A stretch of 64,000 nt of DNA from Nitrospirota bacterium (GTDB lineage Bacteria > Nitrospirota > Thermodesulfovibrionia > Thermodesulfovibrionales > Dissulfurispiraceae), in NCBI GenBank assembly GCA_963710375.1, contig CAVPZX010000008.1, forward strand, positions 64,001 through 128,000, in the 5' to 3' direction. Below the pieces are notes generated by a model, which searched no databases, had not been told where the DNA came from, and saw nothing but the letters and a program-made list of their open reading frames with translations. Made by a program: the position numbers and the translations under genes. Below, piece after piece: positions 19,665 to 30,178 of the stretch (position 1 is its first letter; each line of letters begins with the position of its first letter).

Positions 19665-22338
19665 CTACGTAGCTCCGCAACATTTTTTGTATTTCTTCCC
19701 GCTCCCGCAAGGGCAGGGATCGTTCCTTCCCACCTTCCTATCCTTATGCACCGGCTGCCGCGGCTCATCCCCTGCTCCCCGGTTATACACAAGCCGCTGC
19801 TGACGGGGCAGCTCTTTGATCTCTGCTTCTCCCTCATGCTTTACCTGGATCCTGAAGAGCCTCATCAGGACCTCGTTGCTTATACGGTCAGACATATCGG
19901 CGAACAACTCAAAGGCCTCTTTTTTATATTCCACAAGAGGGTCCTTTTGAGCATAACCCCTCAGCCCGATACCCTCTTTGAGGTGGTCTATGCCAAGGAG
20001 GTGGTCTTTCCACTGGGTGTCGATCACCTGCAGGAGAATCACCTTCTCCATATAGCGAAGCACCTCGGCGCCCGAGTCCTTTTCCTTCTGATCATACAGT
20101 GCCTTCACCGCTGCAGAAATGGTATCAAACAGTTCATTACGGTTTAGCGGCAGGTCAGGCTGAATGTTTATGGAGAAGGTCCCGTAGAGCGCATCCTTGA
20201 GACCGTTCATGTCCCATTCCCCGCTGTCGACATTCTCAGGGCAGAAAACAGAGATGAACCCGTCAATCTCACCATCAATCAAATCCAGTATCCTGTCCTT
20301 CAGAGACTCCCGCTGCAATACCTCCAGCCTGAACGAATAGATTTCCTTGCGCTGCTTGTTCATTACATCATCATATTCGAGCAGGTGCTTTCTGATATCG
20401 AAATTATGAGCTTCCACTCTTTTCTGTGAATTCTCTATTGCCCTCGACACCATTTTGTTCTCAATGGGAATGTCCTCCTCCATTTTAAGGAGATTCATCA
20501 GACCGCTTATCCTGTCGGAGCCGAAAATGCGCATGAGGTCGTCCTCAAGGGACAAGTAAAACCGCGATGACCCGGGGTCTCCCTGTCTTCCAGACCTGCC
20601 TCTAAGCTGGTTGTCTATACGCCGTGCCTCGTGGCGTTCAGTACCGATTATATGGAGCCCGCCTGCGCCGATGACCTGCTGTTTCTCCTGCTCGCAAATC
20701 CCCTTTGCTTTTTGGAGGGCCTCGGCGAACTCTTCTTCGCTGTAATCAGCTTTGTCCTTCAGCAGTTGCCTCGCAAGGCCGTCGGGATTGCCGCCTAGGA
20801 CGATATCAGTCCCCCTGCCCGCCATGTTCGTCGCAATAGTGACCCCGCCAAGCCGCCCAGCCTGTGCAACAATCTCAGCTTCATTCTCATGGTATTTGGC
20901 GTTGAGCACCGAATGCTTAACGCCTTTCTTCTTCAGCAAACTGCTCAGCAGTTCCGATTTCTCTATCGAGGTGGTGCCAACAAGCGCCGGCTGACCATTC
21001 TTATGGCACTCCTCGATCTCCTGTATAACGGCATCGAATTTCGCCCTATGCGTCTTGTAGATCACGTCCGGGAAGTCCGGTCTTATCAAGGGCTGGTTTG
21101 TGGGTATTACCACCACGTCGAGATTATATATCTCGGCAAATTCTGCAGCCTCTGTGTCAGCCGTACCGGTCATGCCTGAAAGCTTGTTGTACATTCTGAA
21201 GAAATTCTGGAAAGTGATAGTAGCGAGAGTCTGGTTTTCGCTCGCAATCTTGACGCCCTCTTTTGCCTCAATGGCCTGGTGCAGCCCGTCACTCCACCGC
21301 CTGCCCGGCATAATCCTTCCCGTAAACTCGTCAACGATGATCACCTCACCGTCTTTCACCACATATTCTACGTCCCTCTTGTAAAGGTGGTGCGCCCTGA
21401 GGCCTTGAAGCACATGATGGACAAGTTCGATATTGGACGGATCATAGAGGTTGCTTACCCCGAGCATGCCTCTCCACTTTAGAGTTGCCGGCGTCGGTAA
21501 GAATGACCGTCTTCAGCTTCTCGTCGATTTTAAAATCAACCTCTGCCTTAAGTGAGGGGACAATGCGGTTTACCTTATAATATTTATCTGTTGACTCCTC
21601 AGAGGGTCCCGATATGATGAGCGGTGTCCTCGCCTCATCGATCAGGATGCTGTCTACCTCGTCAACGATTCCGTAGTTCAGTTCCCGCTGACAGTAATCC
21701 GAAAAATCGTATTTCATGTTATCCCTGAGATAATCAAAACCAAATTCATTGTTGGTGCCGTATGTGATATCGGCGAGATAGGCTTCTTTCCGTTCGCAGG
21801 GCCTCAGGTTGTTAAAGCGCTTGTCATTAGATAGGTATGCCGGGTCGAAGAGAAAAGAAGCGTCGTTCTGAATAACACCCAAGGAAAGGCCGAGGAAATG
21901 ATAGAGATTCCCCATCCACTGGGCATCTCTTTTCGCGAGATAATCGTTCACCGTTATCACATGCACGCCTCTGCCGCCGAGAGCATTTAAATAGACCGGT
22001 AACGTGGCTACAAGGGTCTTACCTTCCCCTGTCTTCATCTCGGAAATCATGCCCTCGTGCAGCACCATCCCGCCTATAAGCTGGACATCGAAGTGCCTCA
22101 TTTTCAAAGTGCGGCGAGACACCTCCCGAACAGTTGCAAAGGCATCCTTCAGGATATCGTCAAGGGATTGGCCGTTCTCCAGCCGGCGCTTGAATTCGTC
22201 TGTTTTTGCCGCGAGTTCAGTATCATTTAATGCGGCGACAGAGGGTTCCAGGGCGTTGATTTCATCTACTACTGCAAAAAACCTTTTGAGTACCCGCTCG
22301 TTCTTCGTGCCAAATATTTTTTTCAAAAAAGCGACCAT
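19665..22338 (-). CDS. secA: Preprotein translocase SecA, split by one +1 frameshift near 21468-21474
   Basis: EMKTGEGKT and [19 protein letters not shown] in ORF 1; [36 protein letters not shown] in ORF 2; junction GTG GAG AGG C ATG CTC. Confidence 0.95.
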
Positions 22339-22436
22339 GTCTTTTATACTAACAACTAGACTCAATTTCTGCAAGCAATGCAGAACAAGGACGACCCCCT
22401 GCTCTCAGGAGTTCCATCTCTCAGATTAGCCGTTGA

Positions 22437-22805
22437 CTAAAGTCTCTTCGATGTGGCGGCGTTATCCGTTTTAAATATATTGGCGAACCGTTCATCAACG
22501 ATTTCTTGTATGCCTTTATCCAACGATTCATACTTGATTAAGAATTCTCTGGCGTCTTCGGTGAGAACGGCGCCGCCGCCATTCCTGCCGCCCGTCTGCC
22601 GCTCAATAAGTCTGAACCCAAGCCTTTCTTCCATAGCCTTTATATATCCCCAAGCCTTTCTGTACGATATTTTGATCTCCTTGGCCGCCTGATTTATAGA
22701 GCCATATTTATCAATTGCCTCCAGCAGAAACCTTCTGCCTCTGCCAAAGACAGGCTTTCCGTCCACCTCGATCCATATCTTTGATTTAATCTTTATATCC
22801 ATCAT
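22437..22805 (-). CDS. modE: ModE-type winged-helix regulator (DNA-binding domain only)
   Basis: FGRGRRFLLEAI..GSINQAA..ISYRKAW..GGRNGGGAVLT; no TOBE domains. Confidence 0.85.
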   Translation of the reverse strand: MMDIKIKSKIWIEVDGKPVFGRGRRFLLEAIDKYGSINQAAKEIKISYRKAWGYIKAMEERLGFRLIERQTGGRNGGGAVLTEDAREFLIKYESLDKGIQEIVDERFANIFKTDNAATSKRL

Positions 22806-22810
22806 TCATC

Positions 22811-22833
22811 CGTTATGGAATATATGCATAACG
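22811..22833. promoter_or_regulatory. Putative ModE box CGTTATG-N9-CATAACG
   Basis: Perfect 7-bp dyad resembling the ModE consensus, directly upstream of modE. Confidence 0.65.
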
Positions 22834-22837
22834 CATA

Positions 22838-23461
22838 TCAAAAAATATCCTTCCCGATATGCTCATAATATCCTGAACCCGCACAGGGTCTGCACAAGAC
22901 CTTCCCGTCCTTGTAAACTTCCCTCAAGTCCTGAACGTACTCGCCGCAGGAATCGCACTTAATCCTGCTCAACGGTCTTCCCGGCATATCTTCAGGATTC
23001 ATCTTCACATGCACTTCCATTAAGTGAAAGAGCTCATCGTCCGGCATGATTTTGTATGCCTCAAGCTGGGCCTCATACTTGTTCCCGGGCTCCGGTAAAT
23101 ACTCCTTTGCATTCTGCCGTGACTCCTCGTTCGCAATGACTCTTACCGCCCTACCCGTCTCGATGTTCAGGAATGTTGCGGCCATTTTCCCGTAGTCCAT
23201 GAACTTCATCGTCCTGCGGCCAAGGCTGCACCCGGTGACAGACTGGACAGCGTCAGTCGCGCACCTGTCCATTTCGACATAGACAATGATGCTTTTCCTG
23301 TCTTTTCCCTTGGGATCCGAAATTCCTATCTCTCTGAGCCCGAGCACGGACATTCTTACCCCCAGCACCTGTCCTGGGCAGAGGTGCCCATGAGTCCTCA
23401 CTGATTCCTGCAGAAGCTTCTCGAAATCAGTTATGTCCACTGTTGCAGCGATTGTCTTCAT
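22838..23461 (-). CDS. fmdE: FmdE family protein with C-terminal zinc finger
   Basis: [32 protein letters not shown]...CRPC. Confidence 0.88.
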   Translation of the reverse strand: MKTIAATVDITDFEKLLQESVRTHGHLCPGQVLGVRMSVLGLREIGISDPKGKDRKSIIVYVEMDRCATDAVQSVTGCSLGRRTMKFMDYGKMAATFLNIETGRAVRVIANEESRQNAKEYLPEPGNKYEAQLEAYKIMPDDELFHLMEVHVKMNPEDMPGRPLSRIKCDSCGEYVQDLREVYKDGKVLCRPCAGSGYYEHIGKDIF

Positions 23462-23580
23462 TTAATTAACTCCCTATAAAATCCATTACATTACCCGTAG
23501 TACCGGGCAGTACTTAGTAAAAACTACTCTCTATAGTTTGACGGAAAAATTCTTTTTTTGCAACACAATCTCACGGGCAC

Positions 23581-26500
23581 TCAGAATTCTATGGCCTGTT
23601 TCCCCTCTGAGGTTTCCACTGTGAATTCGTCAAAATAAATGACTGAATCGGACTTCGTCCAGAGCCCGACGAATCCATGCAATGTGGTATCCGCCCTGTG
23701 CTCAAGCACCTGCTCGCCGTTTAGCGATCCCTTCAACGTGTCTCCATCGATCTCAACACTGAGCCTGTGCCATACGCCAGTCTCTATATTTTTCCGGACA
23801 CTGCAGCGAGCAATCCTGCGCCCGTTCCTGTATTCGAAAAGGACCACATCACCCTTGAGCGCATTTGTCCTGAGCACAAAATAATTATCTATATTTTTTA
23901 TGGCAACGGCTATGCCGGCTGCCCTGTCGATATTGCCGGCCAGGGGCTTGATTTTTACATGAACCGCGCCACTCGATATTTCGATGCCCTTTGCTACAGC
24001 CATCGGGAAATAATAGTATGCCTCCATCGTGTCGAGGAAATCGCGATACGCATTGCCCACTACTTTACCCACGAGTCCGGAAAGCCCCGAAGCCACCCTC
24101 CGTCCCCAGCGGGAGCCGTCATGCATGCAGCAGTTCCGTCCATCCACGGTGAGCCGTTTCCAGTGCCCGCCCTGAACGTAGAAATTGCGCAGCTCATCGT
24201 CCCGCCTGCCGGCAAGGAAGTCGTAGTTGCCCTTGAAAAACTCCTCCGTGTATACGGCCAGCACATCCTGATTCGAAAGCGTCATGTCCAGCAGGCGGCA
24301 CGAGGCCAACAATCCTGCAGTAAGGGCAAGCCGTTCTTCAGTCGCTCTTCTGTCGAACCTCGAAAATGAAGCCCCTACAAGGTCGCCCTTAAGCGCTACG
24401 GTAAACCCCATCCGTTCCAGTATATCGCTGATCAGCCGCGCTCTGAGGGACCGGCCGTAATAATTTCCGGCGCCGCCAGAAAACTCAAGGGAGATATAAT
24501 TATGAGAGCTGCTCTCGCCGCATAATGTGTCTATCGTAGCAAAGTGATACGCGAACCTGGCATTCATGTTCAGGTAATCGCTCGAAATAAGGGCGTAGCT
24601 TTCTCCCGTGCCCTGTTCGCCCAATTCCGAAGTGGCAGTAACAGCAAGCAGGCCGGCAAGTTTGCTGCCACCCAAATTCATCGTGCCTTCCCAGTTTACC
24701 CCCGGGTGTGTAAAGCCTTTCCATACAGCCAGCATGGGAACTGATTTTATGGAGTCCGGGGGCACATACCCGGAATCGGCAAATCCCTCCTTTAAACCGC
24801 CGCCCATGTCGATAAGCCTGATAGACAGCGGGATACTCGATATCAGCTCCACCGATGATTTTGAAGAGCCTGCATGGCCGGAGATACCGAACATTGAGCG
24901 GACCGCCATTTCATGTGTATATCGTATTATATCGTGATACGTAGCGCAACCCTCAGGAGCAAATTGCGGGGCTTCAGGATCGGTCAGCCGGAGGGGCGAT
25001 ATCTTGTCGATGATATCTCTCGTCAACCGGTGGACCGGACTGTCGAACATTGGATTCCGCGCAGGCCGCATCTCCTTTGCAAGCGACTCCACAACACCTT
25101 TATATACTGTAGCGTCTGTTGCGGACATGGTGATGATCTCGCCATTGGTGAGGAAACCGGTGGCAATTCCGGTATCGACAAGCGCCGGTATCCCGAATTC
25201 GCGCGCAACTGATGACATGTGGCTCGTGGCGCTTCCGATATCGGTGATAATTCCCCTCACCCTTCCCATAACCGCTGCCAACTTGGGAGACGCTGTCCTG
25301 GATATCAGGATTGCATCACCCGGGACCTGATTCAGGTCACCGACCTTTTCCACAATGTAAACCCTGCCGGTCGCAACACCGGGTGAAGCAGTAATTCCCC
25401 CGGAAAAAATAACCGGACTGTCGATAAAATTATGCCCCCGGTCTCCCGTAACTATATTGGGCAGATGAAGCGGGCGCGACTGAAGAATATAAAATGACCC
25501 GTTAGCATCCAGGGCCCATTCGACGTCCTGCGGCGACGAGAAAAATTCCTCGATACGCAATCCCCAATCGGCCAGGGCAATAACCTGTGCATCATCAAGA
25601 GAGGAAACAGCGGCCTCATCCGCACCGATCCCCTCAACCAGGACGCCTCCGCTTTCAAGGCTCACCAGCCGAGTGGTCTTTGCTGCAATGTGGCGTTCGA
25701 GAATATTCAGCGTCTCTCTCCCTATAACAAAAATATCGGGCGAGGCGCTCCCGTCAACGAGATGCTCTCCGACACCCCAAAGTGAATTGATCCTCATGGT
25801 GCTGGACTGGGGCGAAAGAGGATCAACTGAATAGAGCACCCCGCTCGCTTTCGAGTCGATCATGACAATTCCGATAACGCACATAGGCGTCTCTCGGTCG
25901 AAAAGCCCGTGCTGCTGCCGGTACGTAATGGCCTGCACCGAGTACTTGCTCGCAATAACGCGCTTGTACGCGTCAAGAATATCTCCCTTGTTTATGTTAA
26001 GCACAGTTTCGTACTGGCCTGCGAAACTCGCCTCGGCATCTTCGCCAACGGCGCTGCTTCTCATTGCTATGCGCACTCCGGCATGGGTAGCCTTCTCAAG
26101 CATAGCGTACGCGCCCAGTATTTCCTTTTCGAGCAGCGGAGGCACCTCAGCATCGAGAAAAACACGCCTGAGCCGGACGCCCGCCTTTGCTAGATCAGCT
26201 GTCGAACCGGAAGAGATTCTTACAAATTCCTCTTTCAGGTATCTGCTCAGCCCGTTGTGCTCCACAAAGTAGTCAAAAGCACGGGCCGTGACGGAAAAAG
26301 CAGGGGGCACAGGCAGCCCAATAAGATTATGTATCGCGGCAAGATTGGCGGCCTTCCCGCCCACGATCTTTCTCATATCAGGAGTAATCGATTCAAACGG
26401 CAAAATAAACCTCATGTCCCCGGAATTGCAGTACGGATTGAAATAGTGAAAAAGACCCTCGTCCAGTCCGCTGACCTTTTCAGATAATCCGTCTATGTCT

Positions 26501-26760
26501 CTCCCGGACAGTGCGCCATAAGCGTAGAGGATGCCGGTTACGGCCTCAAGTAGTTCCTCATACTTTATTCTTATAGTGGTTAGACTGAAAGGTTTGCCGC
26601 TGTAATAGAGCTGTTCCATGTCGGCAATCGCGGTAAGCGCGGTTTTGTTGTGGCTGAGAAGATGCCTGAAAGACCGGTATTTTGCTGCGATATCTCCTTC
26701 TGCCGCTTTCCGGGGTACATGTCCCTTTCCACGTGAAAAGATTCCGCGTAATTTTTTCAT
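23581..26760 (-). CDS. PEP synthase/dikinase-like protein with C-terminal beta-sandwich (DUF1080-like) domain
   Basis: GGKAANL, RSSAVGED, SFAGQYET, QDVEWA, ILQSRP (ATP-grasp); TSHMSSVARE phospho-His motif; C-terminal WHRLSVEI..GFVGLWTKSDS..FDEF; no canonical pyruvate barrel motifs recognised. Confidence 0.8.
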   Translation of the reverse strand: MKKLRGIFSRGKGHVPRKAAEGDIAAKYRSFRHLLSHNKTALTAIADMEQLYYSGKPFSLTTIRIKYEELLEAVTGILYAYGALSGRDIDGLSEKVSGLDEGLFHYFNPYCNSGDMRFILPFESITPDMRKIVGGKAANLAAIHNLIGLPVPPAFSVTARAFDYFVEHNGLSRYLKEEFVRISSGSTADLAKAGVRLRRVFLDAEVPPLLEKEILGAYAMLEKATHAGVRIAMRSSAVGEDAEASFAGQYETVLNINKGDILDAYKRVIASKYSVQAITYRQQHGLFDRETPMCVIGIVMIDSKASGVLYSVDPLSPQSSTMRINSLWGVGEHLVDGSASPDIFVIGRETLNILERHIAAKTTRLVSLESGGVLVEGIGADEAAVSSLDDAQVIALADWGLRIEEFFSSPQDVEWALDANGSFYILQSRPLHLPNIVTGDRGHNFIDSPVIFSGGITASPGVATGRVYIVEKVGDLNQVPGDAILISRTASPKLAAVMGRVRGIITDIGSATSHMSSVAREFGIPALVDTGIATGFLTNGEIITMSATDATVYKGVVESLAKEMRPARNPMFDSPVHRLTRDIIDKISPLRLTDPEAPQFAPEGCATYHDIIRYTHEMAVRSMFGISGHAGSSKSSVELISSIPLSIRLIDMGGGLKEGFADSGYVPPDSIKSVPMLAVWKGFTHPGVNWEGTMNLGGSKLAGLLAVTATSELGEQGTGESYALISSDYLNMNARFAYHFATIDTLCGESSSHNYISLEFSGGAGNYYGRSLRARLISDILERMGFTVALKGDLVGASFSRFDRRATEERLALTAGLLASCRLLDMTLSNQDVLAVYTEEFFKGNYDFLAGRRDDELRNFYVQGGHWKRLTVDGRNCCMHDGSRWGRRVASGLSGLVGKVVGNAYRDFLDTMEAYYYFPMAVAKGIEISSGAVHVKIKPLAGNIDRAAGIAVAIKNIDNYFVLRTNALKGDVVLFEYRNGRRIARCSVRKNIETGVWHRLSVEIDGDTLKGSLNGEQVLEHRADTTLHGFVGLWTKSDSVIYFDEFTVETSEGKQAIEF

Positions 26761-26796
26761 GTCAGGCGACCTTCATAACAAAGAGAAAAGTCCATT

Positions 26797-27300
26797 TCAT
26801 GTATCTTTCATATACAGGGAAAGAGTATTCTTCACTTCATCCCGCAGTCTCCTGAAAGTAGATTTCAGCCCAAAGCATGATCCCTCCGCAATCATGGTGG
26901 AGGAAAAGGGGTCACGGAAAATCACATGATCTTTCCGTTCGCAGGCGGGGAGATCCGGGCAGACCTTTTCCACATCGGAACAGAGGACCACCACCCTGTC
27001 GAAACAGCAGCCCTTGAAAACATCGACATGCTTCGAAAAAGACCCGCCCATGTCTATCCCGATCTCCCTCATTACCTTGATCACGTCTTTCGGAACTTCC
27101 ATAGGCATGACACCTGCAGAAAATGCCGTCCACACACCGCTTAAAAAGTGATTGACGATCCCTTCCGCCATCTGGGAGCGAACAGCATTACCTGTACACA
27201 CGAATAAGATGGTTTTAAGCCCCGATGCCCTCGCCTTTTCAAACCGGTCCACCTCTTTTCGTGTCTCATTATTCAGGTTATCGTTCTTCGGCATATGCAT
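26797..27300 (-). CDS. arsC: Thioredoxin-type arsenate reductase / LMW-PTP family protein
   Basis: CTGNAVRSQMAEG (CX5R), VLCSDVEKVCP, DP. Confidence 0.8.
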   Translation of the reverse strand: MHMPKNDNLNNETRKEVDRFEKARASGLKTILFVCTGNAVRSQMAEGIVNHFLSGVWTAFSAGVMPMEVPKDVIKVMREIGIDMGGSFSKHVDVFKGCCFDRVVVLCSDVEKVCPDLPACERKDHVIFRDPFSSTMIAEGSCFGLKSTFRRLRDEVKNTLSLYMKDT

Positions 27301-27406
27301 ACATGAGCACCCTGTAACACCTGAGGCACCTGCCTGCCTCTGCTACCGCCTCTTCGGAAGTGAACCCCTCATCGACCTCGCGAGACGGTATCTCATCATC
27401 TCGCAC
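27278..27406 (-). pseudogene. 42-aa remnant resembling the C-terminus of a GltD-like FAD/Fe-S oxidoreductase
   Basis: Manual translation VRDDEIPSREVDEGFTSEEAVAEAGRCLRCYRVLMYAYAEER*; in-frame TAA immediately upstream. Confidence 0.6.
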
Positions 27407-27480
27407 TTATCATTATCGCTGTTTTCCCGCTGCATAGGAAAGAATGCGGGCATGACCCGATTGTCAAGCCCGCGGTAGCG

Positions 27481-28323
27481 CTATTCCGCCTTCGGCTTCA
27501 CCCAGACTAGTAAAGGGCAGAGCTTGCACATGTTGAAGCCAGGATAAGTCTCCCCGGTGCGCGGGAACGATGTGCCGCTGTCCCTCACCGTGCGCTCAAG
27601 CATCCATCGCACGGTCGGTGCCAGTTGGTCGCCGGGCCAGATCCAGTTTATCTCACCCTGTTCCGTCTTCCCCGCGGTATAACTGCCGCTGCACATCGGG
27701 GTTATGTTCGGCTTGTTCGTTATGTAGACAGCCGCTACCCCGTGGCATGCCGAACTGTTCATGGTCATCGTCATCTCGAAGGGATGGATGTCCATCGCAG
27801 CGCACCAGTCATTGCCGAGGTGGTATGACTGAAGCACGTCGCTCATGCCGTGAATTACGTCGGGCTTGAAGCTGGCCTTGTGCAGAGGCGCGGTCGCAAA
27901 CGCCAGCAGTCCCGGTTTCAGCCTTTTCTTTGTCATTACGAACCGCTCCGCCTGCGCCATGTCCTTTGTGTATTTCAGATGGCTTTTTACCTCGCCTTCA
28001 TCAAATTCCTTCCAGCCCCAGACATATTTCGCATTCGAACATCCGAGTTCTTTAATAGCACCCAGGAGTATGTCCCCCCTCTGCCTTGATGCGGCGAGAA
28101 AATGGCAGAAGGTGAATGCGTGAGTGGCGACTTTGTACTGGGAATTTTTTTTGAAATCGGCCAGTTCGTCCTCCGAAAAAAAGAACTTGACCGCAACGGG
28201 ATAGTATTTCATCCTCAGGAGGTTGCGCAGCGAAAATACTATATCCGCATTGCTGAGTTCCTTCTTCTCCAGCATTGCCTTGGCAAAATCGACGTCGTTA
28301 AGCAGCACACTTGTATCAATCAT
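27481..28323 (-). CDS. DUF169 family Cys-rich protein
   Basis: YYPVAVKF, FCH..ASRQRG, LGCSNA, SSAC, PMCSG. Confidence 0.75.
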   Translation of the reverse strand: MIDTSVLLNDVDFAKAMLEKKELSNADIVFSLRNLLRMKYYPVAVKFFFSEDELADFKKNSQYKVATHAFTFCHFLAASRQRGDILLGAIKELGCSNAKYVWGWKEFDEGEVKSHLKYTKDMAQAERFVMTKKRLKPGLLAFATAPLHKASFKPDVIHGMSDVLQSYHLGNDWCAAMDIHPFEMTMTMNSSACHGVAAVYITNKPNITPMCSGSYTAGKTEQGEINWIWPGDQLAPTVRWMLERTVRDSGTSFPRTGETYPGFNMCKLCPLLVWVKPKAE

Positions 28324-28372
28324 AAGTTATTCTCCTTTTTTTAATTTCTTTGCTTAGTTACGGTCGCCGATA

Positions 28373-28762
28373 TCAGTAAACTCCCAACAGGTTCAGAGCG
28401 AGAATTAACAACCCGGCAACTGCTATTCTCTTAACTATCAGAGGACTTACCCTTTTAGCGATCTGGGGGGCGATAAAGCCGCCCAGTATCGCAGCGGGAA
28501 ACATTACAAGAAAGAAAAGGAGGTCGAAGTGCCCGAACTGGTAATGCCGCATAGTACCCATCAGAGTATTAAAAAAAATAGCCAGAAGCGAGCTGCCAAC
28601 CACTATGTACATTGGCAGTCCGAGACCCACCGTCATCAGCGGGACCATAAAAGGCCCGCCTCCGAATCCGAACATCGAAGAGACAATCGCTATAATAAAT
28701 CCCCCGATGCACCCCAATACTATGTTCACTTTGAATTCATGTCCCCAGAAATCTACTGTCAT
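28373..28762 (-). CDS. TauE/SafE family, stand-alone half transporter
   Basis: SSMFGFGGGPFMVP, VGSSL; one TauE repeat. Confidence 0.8.
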   Translation of the reverse strand: MTVDFWGHEFKVNIVLGCIGGFIIAIVSSMFGFGGGPFMVPLMTVGLGLPMYIVVGSSLLAIFFNTLMGTMRHYQFGHFDLLFFLVMFPAAILGGFIAPQIAKRVSPLIVKRIAVAGLLILALNLLGVY

Positions 28763-28771
28763 GATGACCTC

Positions 28772-29992
28772 CTATTTATTTTGAGGCAAAGCACATGCCG
28801 CTTCTTTTGTCTTAGCGCATTCTTCGGCCCTTTTCTTGAACTCCTTCAGGATCGCCTGCTCTTTCTTGTTCTTTGCCAAATATCCCGGCGTAGTCTGCCA
28901 GAACATAAGGCCGGCAAGCACAAGCAAAATCCATCCAAAAACGAATTTGAACTGATCGAGTGTGATCAGCTCAGTCAGTTTCGGTCCTATAAAGCCGCCT
29001 ACGACCATCGCAAGCCCTATGGCAACGCCCAGCTTCCAGCTTATGAACTTTATCCTGGAGTAGTTATAGATGCCGCTGCCCTGAGAAAACAAAACGGTCG
29101 GCATAACAGTGCCAGCCACAACCGCGTGAGGAAGAGGCCAAAGAGAAACCAGAAGCGGGTTCATGATAAATCCGCCGCCTGCTCCCATCAGAACGCCGAA
29201 TATGGAGATGAACAATGAAAGGAAAAATGGCCCGAACAAGTTCAGGCTCGTTCCGGCATTGCTGAGATAAACATTAGGAAATGTAATATTGTTTTCGAAT
29301 ACTGCGGGCAGGCTTCTCGTATTTTTGTCAACCGACGCTACAATATAATACTTGCCCGGCGCAAGCCCCTTCCTGATCCTCAGCACCGCCTTGTAAGTGC
29401 CGTCAGGGTTTACTTTCACTTCTGCTCCAATCACTTTATCAGGAGACCTGAAACGGACCTTTGTCAGTTGAATGGAGCGCTCAGTGTTGTCCTTTTCATC
29501 CATCTGAGGCAGCAAATCTCCTCTTGAACCTATAATGCTTCCCATAAGGGTTGCCTGATACCGGTCTATTTTGGCCTTTGCCGGAGCAGAATAAACGTCT
29601 TCAGCGCCCATATCCTTGAGGGCCTTTGAAAGACTCCACTTACTCCCCTCTTTCTTTATTTTGTCCAGATTATCCTTCTGGTCCTCTGGGACAAAGAGCT
29701 TGTAGTAGGCAGGCATTTGATGCGTCATGTATAGAATATACGGTCTTTTCCCTGTCTCTTTGTCCACGTCCGAATCAAAACGCGATGTCTGAACCTGTTT
29801 TTCGGACCAGACCTCAATAAAAACCGGCTTGCCTGCAGGAGCTCTCCCCGTAATCGTGATCGTACCGCCATTGTCCAGTGATGTTTTATCAGCCTGCAAA
29901 GTGATTCCGCTCCCTGGTGCGGAAGCAAATACGCCGCCATGCCAGACAAGTAACGCGGCAGTCAATACTATAAAGAACGGCAAACGCTTCAT
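28772..29992 (-). CDS. Signal peptide + ~220-aa extracytoplasmic domain + half TauE/SafE transporter
   Basis: N-terminal signal (VFA-SA); GVLMGAGGGFIMNP, GGFIGP in the C-terminal third. Confidence 0.78.
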   Translation of the reverse strand: MKRLPFFIVLTAALLVWHGGVFASAPGSGITLQADKTSLDNGGTITITGRAPAGKPVFIEVWSEKQVQTSRFDSDVDKETGKRPYILYMTHQMPAYYKLFVPEDQKDNLDKIKKEGSKWSLSKALKDMGAEDVYSAPAKAKIDRYQATLMGSIIGSRGDLLPQMDEKDNTERSIQLTKVRFRSPDKVIGAEVKVNPDGTYKAVLRIRKGLAPGKYYIVASVDKNTRSLPAVFENNITFPNVYLSNAGTSLNLFGPFFLSLFISIFGVLMGAGGGFIMNPLLVSLWPLPHAVVAGTVMPTVLFSQGSGIYNYSRIKFISWKLGVAIGLAMVVGGFIGPKLTELITLDQFKFVFGWILLVLAGLMFWQTTPGYLAKNKKEQAILKEFKKRAEECAKTKEAACALPQNK

Positions 29993-30178
29993 CTGTTATC
30001 CTCCTTTTATTATCAGTTACTAAATGATTGCATAAATATACCATAGGCTACATAAAGGTATGAAATAATGCAACTAAGGAATTTCTTCTGAATTCATGTT
30101 GAACTTTTTCTCGCAGCCTATTTTATCAAGTAAGCTGTTGCAGGGGCAAATCGCCAGGTTGAAAGATACGGAAATGGG

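Noticed and set aside
19559..19837. N-terminal extension of the globin kinase in the ORF track (LRLRL, LNLNL)
   Set aside because: It is the hexamer palindrome and secA 3' end read in frame; an RBS supports a start near 19558.
21442..21480. Programmed frameshifting or selenocysteine readthrough in secA/fabF
   Set aside because: No slippery sequence; the TGA stops are out-of-frame consequences of the extra base.
22375..22436. Possible fluoride riboswitch (GATGGAACTCC) upstream of secA
   Set aside because: Motif order and the 3' GATGAC..CT element do not fit.
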